Assembly (NCBI GenBank): GCA_964036045.1
Contig: OZ038378.1
Location: 181,102,001-181,166,000 of the forward strand
Source: Eutreptiella sp. 'Long Island Sound 2002'
Lineage: Eukaryota > Protista > Euglenida
Direction of reading: 5' to 3'
Length of the DNA: 64,000 nt
Part shown: one piece after another, positions 25,459-40,083 of the stretch
How the letters are laid out: every line of letters starts with the position of its first letter
Position numbering within the stretch: the stretch's first letter is position 1
Translations under genes and position numbers: made by a program
The notes under the pieces: model-generated
The model's input: only the letters and a program-made list of their open reading frames with translations
Databases searched by the model: none
Told to the model about the DNA's origin: nothing

Positions 25459-28400
25459 GGTCGGGCGAGGTTCGCGGGGGGGGGGGGGGGGGCTAAAGTA
25501 GAAGATGGGACGGGATGGTACAGCGTCGGCATCCCGCTCCTCGGGCGGGTCCCCCGCTCGCCCAGCCGTGCCTAGGGGCCTTTGCGACTGGCCAGGGCCG
25601 TGGTCCAGCAGCACCGGCATCGAGCCGGGGTATACCCGGAGCACCAGGCACCGATGTGGAATCCTTGCGCCTACCGCCCCTGTGGTGTACTACCGGGGGG
25701 GTGGACTGCAAGTACTCCAGCAGCGGAGGGTAATTCGTGCCATGATCGGTGTAGAGCTCGGTTACCCTTTCAGCATCGGCTCGCCGCACTTCCGCTGAGC
25801 TCCCAACCGGTGTTCAGTTGTGGCCTCAATTTTGACCGGTGGTGTGCGGCACATCAGACTTGACCACATGACGTTGGCCCTCTGCCGCGCCGTGCCGTGC
25901 AAACTCCGTTCCGTGCGCACCCAGTGCAGGCACTCCCTCTATAGAACACGAACTGCAAAGCACAAACACTACGCGTTGCATAGCACGCATCCTGTACATA
26001 CTGCGCGACGGACCCCGGGGGGACCCCCGGGTTGGATTAAACGGGCAAATTGCCCCCACACACCGCGGCCGCGCTCTGCGTTACCGCCGCAACGGCATCT
26101 GTACCCGATGGTAACTGCCCCCAACCGTTTGGGCATTTCCTCCAACCGTCCTCCAACCGCTCCTGACACCCATTGGCGTCCAATGCATCTCTGCCCAACC
26201 TCGAGGTATTTTCGAATCGTTTGGCCTTTTCGGAGGTTCGAGTCTTCGAGCCTGCGCAACCTCCCTGCAACATGCCGTTTAAGTTCCCATGCAGCTGTCA
26301 TCAAGCAATCTCTCCTAAACGCTACGCCAAATTACCCTTCACGTTATGTTTTGGAATCCGTGGAATGCAAACAGCATATCTCTCGGCCTCATCGACAATT
26401 GTGCCAACTCGGTGGGTTTTTGGGAGTCGGTGCCATTGTTGCCTCATTTGTGTCCACTGAGTGTCCCATAGGGGGGGGTATGTGGGGTATATTCGGAAAG
26501 CGCTTGAAAAGGGCTATTCAGAACACCCCAGGTTGGCATGCTGTACTGACAACGGTTCGTACGGAAACTGCGCATCTTGAAGCGCAACGATTTTTGGGAT
26601 GTGTCGAAATGGCTCGCCGGGGCCTATAAGTCTTCAGCCAGCCATCAGGACCACCTGCAGAAACCTGTGTGTTGATCAGGGATGACACAATAAAATGGTT
26701 GGATTTTGGTATGACGCCTGATCCTGAAAACCTGCAGCCCCATCCTGGCTTTGTCTGGGTGAAATCAGGGTACAGTGAGACCATTGCATGGTGAAAGGTC
26801 CAACTGACCAAACAGCGAAATGTGGACCTCACAACCGACGGCCTGTGGGCCATGCCTCTCAACACAGGGTGGGTGCCTGTGAAGGCACGCAGGCTGCAGG
26901 ATTGGGAAAAATTGAAGAAATATGTTCCCATCCACAAGCAGGGTGATGTGTGCCCCGATGAGGTCCCAGCCCTTGTGGAGAGGGACAACAATGGGATGAT
27001 TCGAATTCAGAATAATCAGTGGGCGCCTGTTCATTGCTCCGTCACGCGCAATTTCTGGCTCTGTGCTCAGAAATGCGAACACCTAACCCCCCCCCCCCCC
27101 CCTAATCCATATTTTTCTGAAACGGCCTTTTTGCGCAGATTTCAAAAAGTATACACATACCCCCCCAAAAGGAACAATATTTTGGCGCATTGGGCAAAAA
27201 GTGCAGAAAAACCGGGGAAAATGCCAAAACCCACCGTGTTGGCGCATTCTGAATGAGGCCGAGAGATATGTAATGTATTTTAAGCACCACCAATTACCAA
27301 TTAAACTAGCCAAATTCCCCAATCATGTTATGTATTGGATTGTGCTGCAAACAATGTATGCTGTTCGCACTGTGCTGTGCGCGCTAAGCTACACCAAGTG
27401 ATCCGGTCATGCGAAATATTGGGATATCTGGAATGTTAACAGTGTATGCCATGCAGTGCATAAACAAATGATAATTGCCGCAAATCCTCTACCCCACCCG
27501 CTGTGGTTGTTAGTGACACAAGCCACCCATACCAACCCCCCAGTCTCCGGCTCAAGCGAAGCGCAGGGCGACTTTTCGCTTTGGCATCGGCATATCCTGC
27601 GCATCATCTGCGGCCAAGGCTGTAAGAGCCGTCATCAAATTAGTTCGGGCTGGTTTCAGCGGGACACGCCCTCCCCCTCCGGGCCACAAAACCTGCGCCC
27701 ATGGGACGTGGCCTACGGCTCGTTGGGTTCTCAGGGAGGTTCTTTGGTGCGTCCGCCAGGTCAACAATGTTGTGGCCCCAGTCACGTGAGATTTGAACCG
27801 GGATTTCAAATGTGCAAAAAACCGAAACGTGTTCTGACCCCCCCCCCCCCCCCTTCCCCCTCACGCCACAGGATTTGGGATCCAGAATGACACTGACCGC
27901 TCCCCATGGCTGCTGCACAGCGCAATCTTCACAGCCGTTGTCCCAGGACCCACTTCCCTTCAAAACGCGTCGGCCGGCTCCACTGGTTGCGGCAGTGCTA
28001 GTTCACCAGCAGCGCCCTTGTCAGGACAGAACGGCAGAGGAAGGAAGTGGTCCCCAGCCAGCCACCAGGGATTGAGCCGAAATGTAACGAAGGCCTTGGT
28101 TCAGTGCCATGGGAAGGGCCGCTAATGAAGTTTGGGGGGGGGGGGGTGCAGTGAGCACACCGTGTTGCTGGAGAAGCGTGTAGGGCAGTCACGGGTACCA
28201 CTAAATGAGGCTGTGTGTGTCAGGCAGCTCCATCGTCTCGTCTTCCAAAATGCGCTTCGACGCGCTTGTCCAACGACCAGGACCCCGTCAGACCTGGCCT
28301 TTGCGGCTTGCGGCGGTGCCGATTGTTGGGCAAGTGGGAGGGGGGTCCCTCCAACGGCTCTCCATTCGGTTTGCCGTCAGATATGGTACCCCAACCACTT

Positions 28401-31400
28401 TTTGGCCAGTCCCCCTCTCCTCAAGCGCGTCCCGGAGGGGGCGCTTTTCCCTCACAGGGCCACCACCGCATGCGCCTTCATGACGACAAAGTGAATTTGG
28501 TTGGGGGTAGCACTGCTTTGGAATCGAAACGGCTGTGTAAAATTAATTTGTCGAATATGGTCCTCATGTCTGATGTGCAGAGGGCAAAGGAGTAGGTCAG
28601 GGTGGGGGCGAGGGCATTGCAAAGCCCACATGTCCCCATCCGCGGCCTTACCTCCCAGTCTAAGGCCTGCCTGGGTGATGCTTCTCTCTTGGAGGTTGCG
28701 TCTGAGCGTTCAGGATACCGATCCAGACCCGGCCCAAGAGCTCTGAGTCTTTGTTCAGCTCGTTTGCACGGCATTGTCTAGGCACGCCTACCCCATGTGA
28801 TCCTGGTTTTGCTGAATTTGCCTCTGCTTGCGCCGGGGGGTTATTGTAAAGCCACTGCCGGCAACATGAAAAGTGGCCATTGTCATGGGGACAGGCCACG
28901 GGCTATGAAACAGGCAACACATACACAACAACACCCGCGGCCCCACGGGAGCCCATGAGCAACACATTTTGACATTGAAAGGCGCAGCTTGCCACATCAT
29001 ACAACATGGTCATGATTTGCAGTGCCCAGGTTGCGCAAGCGCGAGCGCATCCAGAGGTGCGCTTTTTTTCGACCCAGGATACAACATGTGTGCGTGGACC
29101 CCCACTTTCCCGTCAAGGGACAAATCCACTCCCACTTGATGCCCCATGCCCGTGCCCTTCGTACGAATTCAGGTCCCTTTGAGGCAAATGGAGTGGGCGA
29201 AGACCTGCCCGGACCGCCGACCGTTGTCTGGCCGGCTCTGCATTCCCCCGCCACAGAAAGGTTGGGATCGCCTTTGTTCCCCACCACAGGTGCCTGTCTT
29301 TGGACAAGCCCATGCTTACGTGTAGCCCAGTCTGCATACCACACGGCACTGAAGATTACACAATATGACATCAGCATCCCCATGCTATCCCAAGACCCCC
29401 AGAAATGGGGGGGCACGGGTTGTTAACTCCCCAAAAGTGGTTGCTTTGGCAACACACAGCCGCGTTCGTGCACCACGTATTTGGAATGGCAGCCCTGCCA
29501 CAAACAGTGACGGCGCCCTTCAATCAATGGTCGACCTATACGGCAATCGGGGAGATTACCATACAAGCAGATGCCACGATTCGAACTCTCCGCCAAATCG
29601 TTTTCCATTTAAATTGGCCAATCCACCACAACAGCCCCTACACACTCCTCAGACCCCCCCCCCCCTTTATGGCACAACAAATCGTACACAGACCGCCGAG
29701 GACATGCTCTTTTCTGCCTCGCACTCATCAGATAAGGAGTCATGTGTTTGTCTCAACTCAAACCGCACAATATTGCCCTCTTGCCACACACATGCAAATC
29801 AATCTACCGGTTAGCCTAGCGGAAAATCAGGTCCTCCTCTCCCAGTGCGTGTCAGAAGTACCGCCTTTCCTCCCAGCCCCCTTCAAAGACGCACAGTGTG
29901 CGCCTAGTGCAAGACCCCCGTACCCTGACAGGACTCCCTCCCTCGAATAGATATGTGGGCTCGGGCACCGAGGGAACAAAATGGTTCTTTAACTGCGCTG
30001 TGAGTACTCACGATAACTCAGGGCAACTCGGGTCGTACTAGTCACAGTGGCCACCACCCGAAAGTGGCCACCACAATTGCCCCTGTCAGGGGTAGCGAAC
30101 ACAAGCAGACTAAAGATGCGTGGTTCCAGTGAGCACACTCCCCATACCAAAGTCACACAGATCTTTCCCATGTGAACTATTGTGGAACCAGCGAAGAACA
30201 GGTTACCAGCTGCGACACTGGTGGCTGCAGCTGCTTCATCGCCTTCTCCGCAATTGCTTCATTGCCCTCTCAAAGGAGATCAACACACGACAGAGCACGT
30301 GCTACTGCATTGAAAACACCTGCACAGAGTATGCTCTCTCTCAAACACAGGCTTTTGCCCCTTTTTGGCATAATGGGTATCGCATACGGTCTATTCCATA
30401 GCTTTTCCGAAAACACCTGCATACGTCCCTTTGGCATGTACCAGTCTTGGTTGCCTGATCTGCAGGTGTGGTTGCCTAATCCGCAGTGATTGCCAATTCG
30501 CATACCACTCACCTTGCATGTGAATTGCACCAGGTCAATTCAGATGCCCAACCCCAGTTTTTTTACGTCATGAATCGGCAGCAGAGATGCGACAAAAGAA
30601 GAGAGCCAGAGGCAGCTGAAAACTGTTCCTCAAAACCTTGGACAGCCTCTATGCCAGAGACATCAACTGGCTTTCAAGGAGGGTTCATCAAAGTTTCACA
30701 ACAATAATAGGTTCGGCATTTCCATCGCAAACAAGCTGTTAAGCCAAACAAGTCAGGCAGCAAATCAGGCAGCTGAAATGCTGGGTTCTTCTCAGTTCTC
30801 AGTTCTCAGTTGTTAACCAAAGCTAACATTACTGTTATCACAGACTCTCCATCTTCAAGGGCACAACACTTTGGGCTCGCAAATGGAAGACATAGAACGC
30901 AACACAGGCCTGTTCCCCTACTTGCAGCTATGGGATGCACTGCTGCAGCTAATAGGGGTCACACAAGAGTCTACTTGAGTGGCTTTATGTCCACTCCCAT
31001 CAAAACATTGAAGGAAACAAAAAGCCAATGATTTGACAGAAGAGGAGTGAAGGAAAACCCCGCTTAACATAGAGGACCCCTTCATGCCCCTCACCACCAC
31101 TATCCGAAGGCACCTTCCCTACTAGACTTGTCTCGTCGGTTAGACTTTAGCAACGCCAATTCTTTAGACACGCCTTTAGTGATTGATCCGTTAGAGCCGC
31201 ATCCCAACTTGTTGACACAGGACTGTCTTTACCAAACCTCAACTGGCAAATGCTTGACTCACCCACTGCACATTGGTCCCCAGGGTCCTCAGTGGACTCA
31301 GGCCTGTCCATGCCATCAATGCCTTTTTCAACCCGGGCTCTTTTTTCTCCACATCCACCAATATGAGTGACCACCCGGCCCTTGGTAAACGCCAGCTCCT

Positions 31401-32529
31401 ACACACACCATCCCCGGATGCAAGCCATAGGCGCACTAAAAAAAGCCACAGGTGTAGCTATGGTGCAGCTGCCCCACCCTGCCTTTTGTATTCTGGAATC
31501 TGGGCAACTTTTCTCGCCTTTGGGCACATAGGCCCAATGTCCTTTACTGCGGTGTACCGCCCCATGGTCGTACCGGGCCTCCGGGCCATCCCAACAATCA
31601 TGGTCGTGTGGGATCTGGGACGCAGAACAGCATCAACACCTTCAACTTCCAAATAACCAAATAACCATCCCACCATCATGGTCGACCTTACCTACAATGG
31701 GCTCACGATAGTGCTGGACTACACTAGCACAGCCACAGCTATCCGCATCATGCACGCCCTTGGATAGGAAGACAGAAGGTCAAAGGGTTAGCTGGATGAA
31801 TATGCGACCCCTCCCCCCCCACACACACAAGAAAGTTGCACACGGACAGGCCTCCACCTATATCTTGGTTCACAACATGAAAAGTCTGCTGGCTGAAAAG
31901 CAACATTTCACAGGTGTATTTGGGGACCAGTACACTCGACTACTATCTATCTACGCTGGTCACCTCTGTCCCTCCCCCCTCCCCCCTCTTGAGTGTGCTT
32001 GTGTGGGTCTATTGGTTGTTGTGCATGCAATGGCGAGATACATTTCTGAACTCTTCTTACTGTCTTTGCTACCGGCAAACCATTGTTGCAAGCTTTGGGT
32101 TCAGGAACCAACTACGCCATATATGTGGTTTAATAGCAGCAGAGCAAGTCGTGTATCATACATCCAGCGAGTCAGCCAACTACAGCATGTTGTATCATAA
32201 GGTGGAAGAAGTGCAGATGGCAAACTTGATTAGGCGAAGGGCATTCAGGCAATCAGAACCAACCATCACTCCCTATATAGCCACAGCTCGCCAATGCATA
32301 CAATGCCATGGATTGTGGCAGGGCGAGGGTCTAGTCTCTTGGTGGTACAATTGTGATTGGAGCTTGCTTGGGCATTGCAGAAAACTTGGAAAGTTGTGCA
32401 GTGGTGCAGTAGATACTATGGGAATGCTGTTCACGCAGTGCCCACACAGTGCGCACGTAGTGCAAAGTTTTGTATGTCGGCAACTACTTGAACCCTATTT
32501 GTTGTTCCATAACAAGTTGTTTTACACTT

Positions 32530-33199
32530 CTTGGGGAATGCCATGCACGTAGTGCGCATGCAGTGCGAAGTTTTGGATGTCGGCAAATGCTCGAACCCTA
32601 GTTTCGGCCCCTTTTCACAAGTTTTTGGTTCCGTACCAGGGCTTTTTTTTAGCTTCCTAAGCATTTAGGATGTGGCATATTTGAATTGTCAACCATTTTT
32701 GCCCATTTTCAACCACCTCCCTACTAAGGCAGTTTTTCTGTCAATTTGTTTTCAATGGGTGCCATGGACGGGCATGACATGCAACCACCTTCCGACTCCA
32801 GGGCATCAGTCAAGGAAGGTCTGACCCTCCCTCCCCCGTCCGTGCTAGAGTTGAACAAGGCCCTCGAACAACCCCAGCCGCAGTGGATGAGACTTATTGT
32901 GTCTAACTTGAAAGCCTATGCCAGGCTGAGGGCTGGAGAAGTCGGTGAGGTCCCGCGGCCAACGGAGTTCAAGGGCATAGTTGTACTTTACAAGGCTGAG
33001 TGGCTTGTTCATAACGACAGTTGATTACCAAGTTTGAAGGCAGTTTCGTTGTTCTCATGTGGGCTTTGCTGCTTCGCTGTGCTACTAGACAGGTGATAGG
33101 TATTCTTGGGTGAGTATCTCAGCCTTTGCGTGCGCAGAATGCACGCAGTGCGCACACAATGCACACGTAGTGCGCACGCAGTGCAAGAACTTGGCCTTG
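32530..33199 (+). mobile_element. Repeat element copy 2 (ends shared with 11047-12414, shorter different interior)
   Basis: See copy 1. Confidence 0.6.
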
Positions 33200-36100
33200 T
33201 GCATTGAGGATGTGGCACATTTGAAATACCATCCATTTTCACCCATTTCAACCAAGTTAACCCATTTTCACCCGGTTTTGCTGCCCGTTTTTTGTTTTCG
33301 GTGGATGGTGGATTATGATGATGGGAAATCACCGGACGTCTTGTACATTCACAATGCAACAAATTGGCAGGTGGGTTGTTACACACTCCTCAGTAGATTC
33401 CACCCTTTGTGGCCACTGCCTTGCTATCTGTAGTAGACAACGTCCTTTGTGGATTCGCTCTATGAGCCAGCACTTGAACCCTTCGACCGTGCTCTTGGAT
33501 CATCGCGAATCACTGGCACGGCTTATCGGTAACGGCCCACATAGGGTTGCTACAAGTTGGGCCCCAATAGGGTCAAGGCAAAAAGTCTATGTTCCTAGAA
33601 GGCTGCCACCATCTTCCAACACACTCAGGCAACAGCAGGTTGCGCTTGGCCATGGCTACCACCTGGGATATGAAGAACCGTGTGACGCTTACATAAATGC
33701 AGGGTAATTTCCTCCCTTCCTCCTTGGCTGGGTTTCATTGCGTGGGCACTGCACGCAGTGTGCACAAAGTACCCACGTAGTGCCCACGCAGTGCATTGAC
33801 ATGCCCCATAAGCAAAAGTCTATGTGCTCCCCTCGGAAGCCCATTGGGCTCCACAGCCAAGGGCAGTAAGAGAGGCCCAACCTTGGCAATTTGTAAGCCC
33901 ATGCACCAAGTAGGCTGTGGCTAGGATGCAGGCCACGGGGCGCCTTGAGTGTGCGGTGCAACTGTTTGGGCATCAGGGCAGCATGTGGACCTGCCTCTAA
34001 TGTCTCCCTCTTGGAAACACTTCTTGAACTCTTAGATGCACACTGTGGCACCATCAAATTCATCAATGTGAACATTCTAGGCAACCATGAAGCCGATCGG
34101 TTGGCTGACTAGGGACGACTTTCTCATCCCTGGTGCCTAGTTTTAACTACTCCTCGCAAAGACATTTCAAGCACGATGAACTCCCCACCATGCAAAAAAC
34201 GAAAGCAACATGCTCACACAAATTGCAAAGTGTTGTTCAAGCATTGGAAGCATTGCGGTTTCCCCCAGTACACCACACACCCTCACACACCGTGTTGGAC
34301 GCTCAGGACGCTCAGAACTCACACTCAGGTTAGAGCCAGCAATTTTGGAAGGTGACTGGTCCCCCCAATTGTCCGAGTGTAGCTCATCAGACCAGGGGGG
34401 ACACTCCAAACCCCAAAGACTGATACCCAATCACTCATTGAACGTTTAGCTCCCACCTTTGAAACCAACCATTCCACTGACACAGTACAGCCAAATGGGT
34501 GCCAGCTTTGCGCCAGAAAGGTGGTCTGTATTTGTGCATTGTGCACATCAGTTTTGTGCAGTTTGACGAATGAAGGGCAGTCTTTGGCTGCAATACACAT
34601 CAACACCCGGCGACCGTTGCAGGGACACCACATGTGATGTACATATTCGTGGAGCACCCCAACCAAGAAGGGGACACGCTGAAATGGATTTGGAATATTC
34701 CGAACTCAGGGCTGAAAGTGTCTATGGCGGGGACATTCAGTCTATTAGAACTGACCCCTTGAGTGTGCGGTGCAACTATTTGGGCATAAGGGCAGCCCAA
34801 GCACCCATGGTTTGAGTCAGGTGTGGGACAAAATCCTCATGTGTTCACCAACTACCACTCAAAGGTGGTTGCCAATGTGGTGTTGCACGCTTCCACCCTA
34901 TAGGGGATGGTGTAGGTTGGTTGTTTTGCCCATTCCACTGTCGCTCCTTGCATGCTAATCACTTCCCCCAATGGGTGGCACTTCGGGGGGGAGGGGGGGG
35001 GTCTGCATTTCCATTGCTTTCATCACATACCTGAACTCATGATGATATATGGCAGATCCAGGGGTCTCTGCTTAGCGAGAGCATCTGGTTGCATACCGCT
35101 GCATGACTCCTGCACACTTGTCGGTGTCCCACCCACAGGTTGTCTTCGCGTTGCACTCTTTGTAACAGAAAGGTACCTATGGTCTTTTAGGCCACTGACG
35201 AGCCATTTTCTTCCTGCGCTTTTTGTGCTGATTGCCTCTTGTGCGCACGTGCAATAGCACAGGCTTCCTCCGGGGTCAGCACTCTGCACTGCCAGCTGGT
35301 GGGCCTCCTTGTTGAGGAAAGCTAGGAGGCGGGTGCCATGGGTGTCATGCTGTGGTGAGACAAAAGTTTTGCAGCAGAAACTAATGTTCCTGAATTGAAC
35401 TGTAACTGCTTGACATGGTTTGTCATGTTTTCATTGCAGTTCCATTTCTTTTGACACGCTGTACCTTGGGAAAACGTCCTTGTCAGTAATGCCAACACTG
35501 CCACTGTGGGTGTGGCCGGCAATAAGGGTACATCTGTATCCACCAGAAGTGGTGGTGGTGGGGGGTACCCTGAGTTTCAGGGTGAATTTCTTTGATTTTG
35601 CCCAGGCCTACCTATGCCCCTCAGTTTACTGTGGTGAACAATTGTGCGGGCATCTGCTACCACCTAGACTTCTCCATGATCGTGTATGTTGATCCGCTGA
35701 AGCTGGTTCATATGCCGGTGGATATAGCGGCTTGTGAGTTGCAAGATGGGAGGGGGACTGGGGATCTGTTGCCATGTTCCCTGGCCTCTGAACGGTAGGC
35801 TGGCGAATTGGGTGGCTTGGTACAGCCCTGGAAGGAGTTACTTCTCTGACACCTCCACTCATGAGTACACCGATGGTGTGTGTACCCTGACTTCTACGGT
35901 TGGGGGACATGATGTTGTTTGCGTATTACTTTTCTGGCTAGGCAAAAATGCAGTCAACTGACAGCAGTTGGTGTTTGCTGCCGCTGTTGATAGTGAACCA
36001 TCGGCAGTTGCCACACCGAGCATTTGCTGATCGTACCATTTCTCTTTTTCTGTCCAGGAAAGTCTTGCTGGGGCCTGTATGATATGTAAATAGACACAGA

Positions 36101-36899
36101 GTTACACTGGCTGGGTACAGGAATGTGGGCGGTGTCAAATTGGACGGTCTCTGTTCCAAGGGGCTGGCTGTATCTGGGGTCCCGGGAGGGCTGCATGGTG
36201 CAGGGAGAAGGGCATGGACAGAGGGGTGGGCTAGGGATGGGCAGAGAAGCTGTGCATGCCCCGTTGTCCGCTTGTTTCGAACAAATTGCATCCCTGCGCT
36301 TTCATGTTTCTGCTCAGAGTTTTCGACGTGCATCATGCCCCCTCCTGGATATTTTTCGAGTCAGGTCAACAAATTCTTGGGAAGCCATGTGCAGCGCGAT
36401 AAAATGGCTCGGTATGTGTGTGTGTGTGTGTGCGTGTGTGCGTGCGTGCGTGCGTGCGTGCATGCGTGCGTGTGCCTACATATGGTATGGTCGCAGTGTA
36501 CGGTCGCGTATGGTACGGTCACAGTGCACACAACAGCCCCGAGGGCCCCGGGGCTGAATGAGGGAGATTGCAGGCACATGGAGACACCATGGGGCGCAGG
36601 GGTCAAATTGAGATAGTGCCCCAACGAGACTGTGGTTCGTAAAGGTCACACAAGCAAGCAGGGTTTCCTGAAGCCCGCTGACGGGGCACATGGGCATCAG
36701 AACTCATGGTTCGGTCGCATAGTGGTAGGATATAGTTGTTGAACCTCGCAGTTAGAGCATGATTTGAAAGATTTGGGCGTCACACACAGAGCTGTGGAGA
36801 AGTGATGTATCACGGCGAACGCTATTGCTTTGGTTGAAACAAATGGGCATCACACACTGATGCACACACGCACATGCAGCTTGAATTGAAATCATTCCG

Positions 36900-36900
<1 letters not shown>

Positions 36901-36980
<80 letters not shown>
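36901..36980. repeat. (CA)40 microsatellite
   Basis: Directly visible. Shorter CA/TG tracts occur at ~8278, 8550-8650, 18660, 36415, 38370 and 38700. Confidence 0.98.
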
Positions 36981-36981
<1 letters not shown>

Positions 36982-37581
36982 CAGAGCGGCGTTCTGGGAG
37001 CCGCCGGTCAGCCCCCCCTAGACCGCCGGGGGGGGGGGGGGGGACGACAGGTGGGCAAGCAGCGGGTCAAGAGGACATTGTTTTTGTAAGAACCAAGCAC
37101 CATACCGGTCACTCGATTGCCATGTGCTGTGGCAGGCTCGCCCACCACGGGCCCCTGTGCAGGGCACGGAGCACGCAGATTGGCCTGCAGGGCGCAGTGG
37201 GGGGCACAGAATGGCTGTATATAGTCTTGGTGTCGTGCCGAGAGGGAGGAAAGGCCGCGGGAGGCGGACGACCGAACATTGCTGCAGTGCGGACATTGCT
37301 GTAGAGAGGTGATGTATGATAGCGAACGCTTTGAGATTTCGGAAATGATTGGGTGTCACACACACACACATATGGAATGGACGTGACTCGCCCCCTGTTT
37401 GGACAAGGGCATGGAAGGGCAACACAGGAAATAACATAAGCAAAGCCCACACATAGAGGTTCCGACTCTGTGGAAGAGTAGGAAGGGTGCGCAGCAGCCA
37501 GCCCCGCCCACGTGCCGGGTTACTGGTGCACGTCCAGCTCACAGCCACATATGGGTCTCCCTCGTTAATAGTACAGGCAGG

Positions 37582-37845
37582 CTCTAACCCGCAAACCCCT
37601 AACCCTTCCGTCGCAAGAGCGGCCAGGACATTAAAAGCCTTCAACCCTCGTTAATTGTACAGTCCTTCCGCCGCGCAGCGACACACCGAGGGGCTAGAGG
37701 TGGGATAGGGCAGGCCACAGTCAGGCTCTAACCCGCTAACCCCTAACCCTCCGGTCGCAAGAGCGGCCAGGACATTGAAAGCCTTCAAACCCTCGTTAAT
37801 AGTACACGGCCAGGACATTAAAAGCCTTCAACCCTCGTGAATAGT
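37582..37845. repeat. Local duplication/triplication with CCCTAA-like heads
   Basis: ctctaacccgc.aacccctaaccct..gtcgcaagagcggccaggacatt.aaagccttca occurs at ~37582 and ~37725. Its tail (ggccaggacattaaaagccttcaaccctcg) is repeated again at ~37808. Confidence 0.85.
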
Positions 37846-38368
37846 ACAGCGCGCACACACACACAAGGCACCCAGGGCACTCCCGCCGCCCCCCGCCACG
37901 GCAGACCTGTGCAGCAAGGTACCGGCGGCGAGAGTACGCACCGGGGGGGGGGGGGGGCTGTCGACCAAACGGCACAGAGCGCAGCGGCGGCAGCTGCCTG
38001 AGGCCGCTGGGGGGCGGGCCCTAAAGAGGGGGAGGGCGGGGCAGCCCCCCCCCCCCCCCGCCAAACGGGCATGCACGCAGCCACAGAGCGAGGTACGGCT
38101 TGGATGTGCAGGGACGGAGGTGCCTTAAACCCCCAGACCCCAGAGGTTCTGGCTTAGGCGAGGCCCCCAGCTGAGACCCGAGTAGGCACTAGACAGGACA
38201 GCTGTACGCCAGACTGTATGCTTTTGGAGGCCCCTCGGGCGACCACTGGGGCCTTGGACCCATACGGGCCTCCCTCTACCTCTATAATATTGTTCTTCTC
38301 CCCCCCCTCCCTCCCCCCCACACACGCTCCCTCTAGCATTTTGGGCAAGATTGAAAGGTGTTTGGGTG

Positions 38369-38399
<31 letters not shown>

Positions 38400-38779
38400 C
38401 ACACACACACACATAAAAGGTAGGCAGCAGTGCCGGTCACAGACAGTGACTCAAGCAGCGACACGCCTATACTAATCCGCCACAGGCGGCGGGAGATGTG
38501 TACGGCGCCGATGGACATTGGATCCCGGGCCAGACTATAGACAGGCAGAGCGCCGAGGCACAGTGTATGTATGTGACCCATGAACCACGCATCCATCTGC
38601 AGCTAGTTTGTGTATAAAGTACCCCAGAGAACTGCCACAGGCATGAACAGAGCATGGATTGAATCGCCATCGCCGGGCAATTGGTAATTGGTGTGCGCGC
38701 GCACACACACACACACACACACAACGCCTTTTGGGCTCCACTATCCGGCCCTTCTCGGCACCGTGCGTACACCCACTCC

Positions 38780-40083
38780 GGAGTCCGTGGTCATCCGCAG
38801 CGGGCTAGCGTGGGGGCCGGGATGGAAGAAGAGATGCAATGAACTGAACAGAATCTCTCGGCACTAGGTGCCGGGCCCGGGAGAAGACCACCATGAGGCC
38901 AGACGACGGCGAGATGAACTCGCCCTGGCAAGACAGAAATGGGCAGAGGACGATAGCAATCCGCTGGAGCAATTCATACACAAGCTGCATGGCATGTTTA
39001 GGGCAGTGCTGCGGGCCCGAATGAGGCAGGAGGAAGAAATGAACCTTCTTTTTCCGGTGCAGCCGCGCAGGGCACAGCTGGAGGAATACCCATGGCACCA
39101 GCTGTGGGCCCCCGCCCGAAAGCTCAGCGAACGGCCCTGCCGGAAATGGGGGCGCTACCCAGAGACTGGAAATGGGGTGAAGACTTCCTGCCAGCCGTGC
39201 TCAAATGGCTGCAAGGAGCTACAATGGCTCACTACGGACGACACCCTGCCGCAAGGGCACAAGCGGGTATCATTCATGGACCTCGCCTTGGACTTCGAGT
39301 CACATGCGGGTCGGCCCCTGCCACCTAGCCCACAGTCCAGATTTGTGGGCACCGAGATGTCTCCGCAGGAAAAAGGCCGAGTGGTTCGGCTGGCGGTCAT
39401 TTTACTGGAAAGAGCAGCGGGGAAGGGATGCCCTCCTGCCGGCGGCGATCACCACACACTGCCGATCGCTGGTGCCGCTTGGGGCGGGCACGGTTGTGGG
39501 GGTGAAGGGACGTCCCCTCTTCACCCGGCCTATGGCGGTGTGGCATCACTTGAAGCGCCTACAGAAGTACATTTCCAAGCGATGGGCGCAACAGCAACAA
39601 TCAAGGGTGGCGCGGCAGCGCCAGAAGCGGAGGCGCGCCCAGGGGCAGACATCCAACGCACAGGGCAGGGGCCTGCAACAGCGGGAGCGGTGCCCGGGCA
39701 AAGGAGGGGCAAAAAGAGCGGCAAGGGCCTACGCCAACGACTTCTATGTGGGCCAAGTCCTGCCGGAGGGGACCCGCACAGGATCACAGTACCGAGTTGA
39801 GGAGCAGAGGGACGATGCAGCGGTGCACATACTAGGCGGAGGGGCCGTACTCTTCATACCACCACAGAGGTGCGCCAAGGCCAGGCGCCCCGAGACTCGG
39901 CCGCGGCTCCCGCGGCTATGGTTATGTGTGACAGACGATGCAGGCACGGACGTGCCGGCACGGAGGACACCTGAACCCCAGCCCTCCAGAGGTCCTAGCG
40001 CAGGTGAGGCCCTCAGCTGTGACCCCAGGGGGCGTCAGACAGGTCAGCAGGCAGTTTGCACTGTGCGCTGGCCTGATTTTTGA
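38780..40083 (+). pseudogene. Frameshifted retroelement-like ORF remnant (probable non-LTR post-RNase H region)
   Basis: Overlapping 310- and 292-aa frames with protein-like stretches (EEYPWHQLW, VSFMDLALDFESHAGRPLP, PLFTRP.AVWHHL), linked by apparent frameshifts. No RT core was seen and the family is inferred. Confidence 0.4.

Noticed and set aside
25505-25798. 97-aa GC-rich ORF just after the PSD stop
   Set aside because: PSD already ends with a normal C-terminus. No domain seen; likely 3' UTR or flank.
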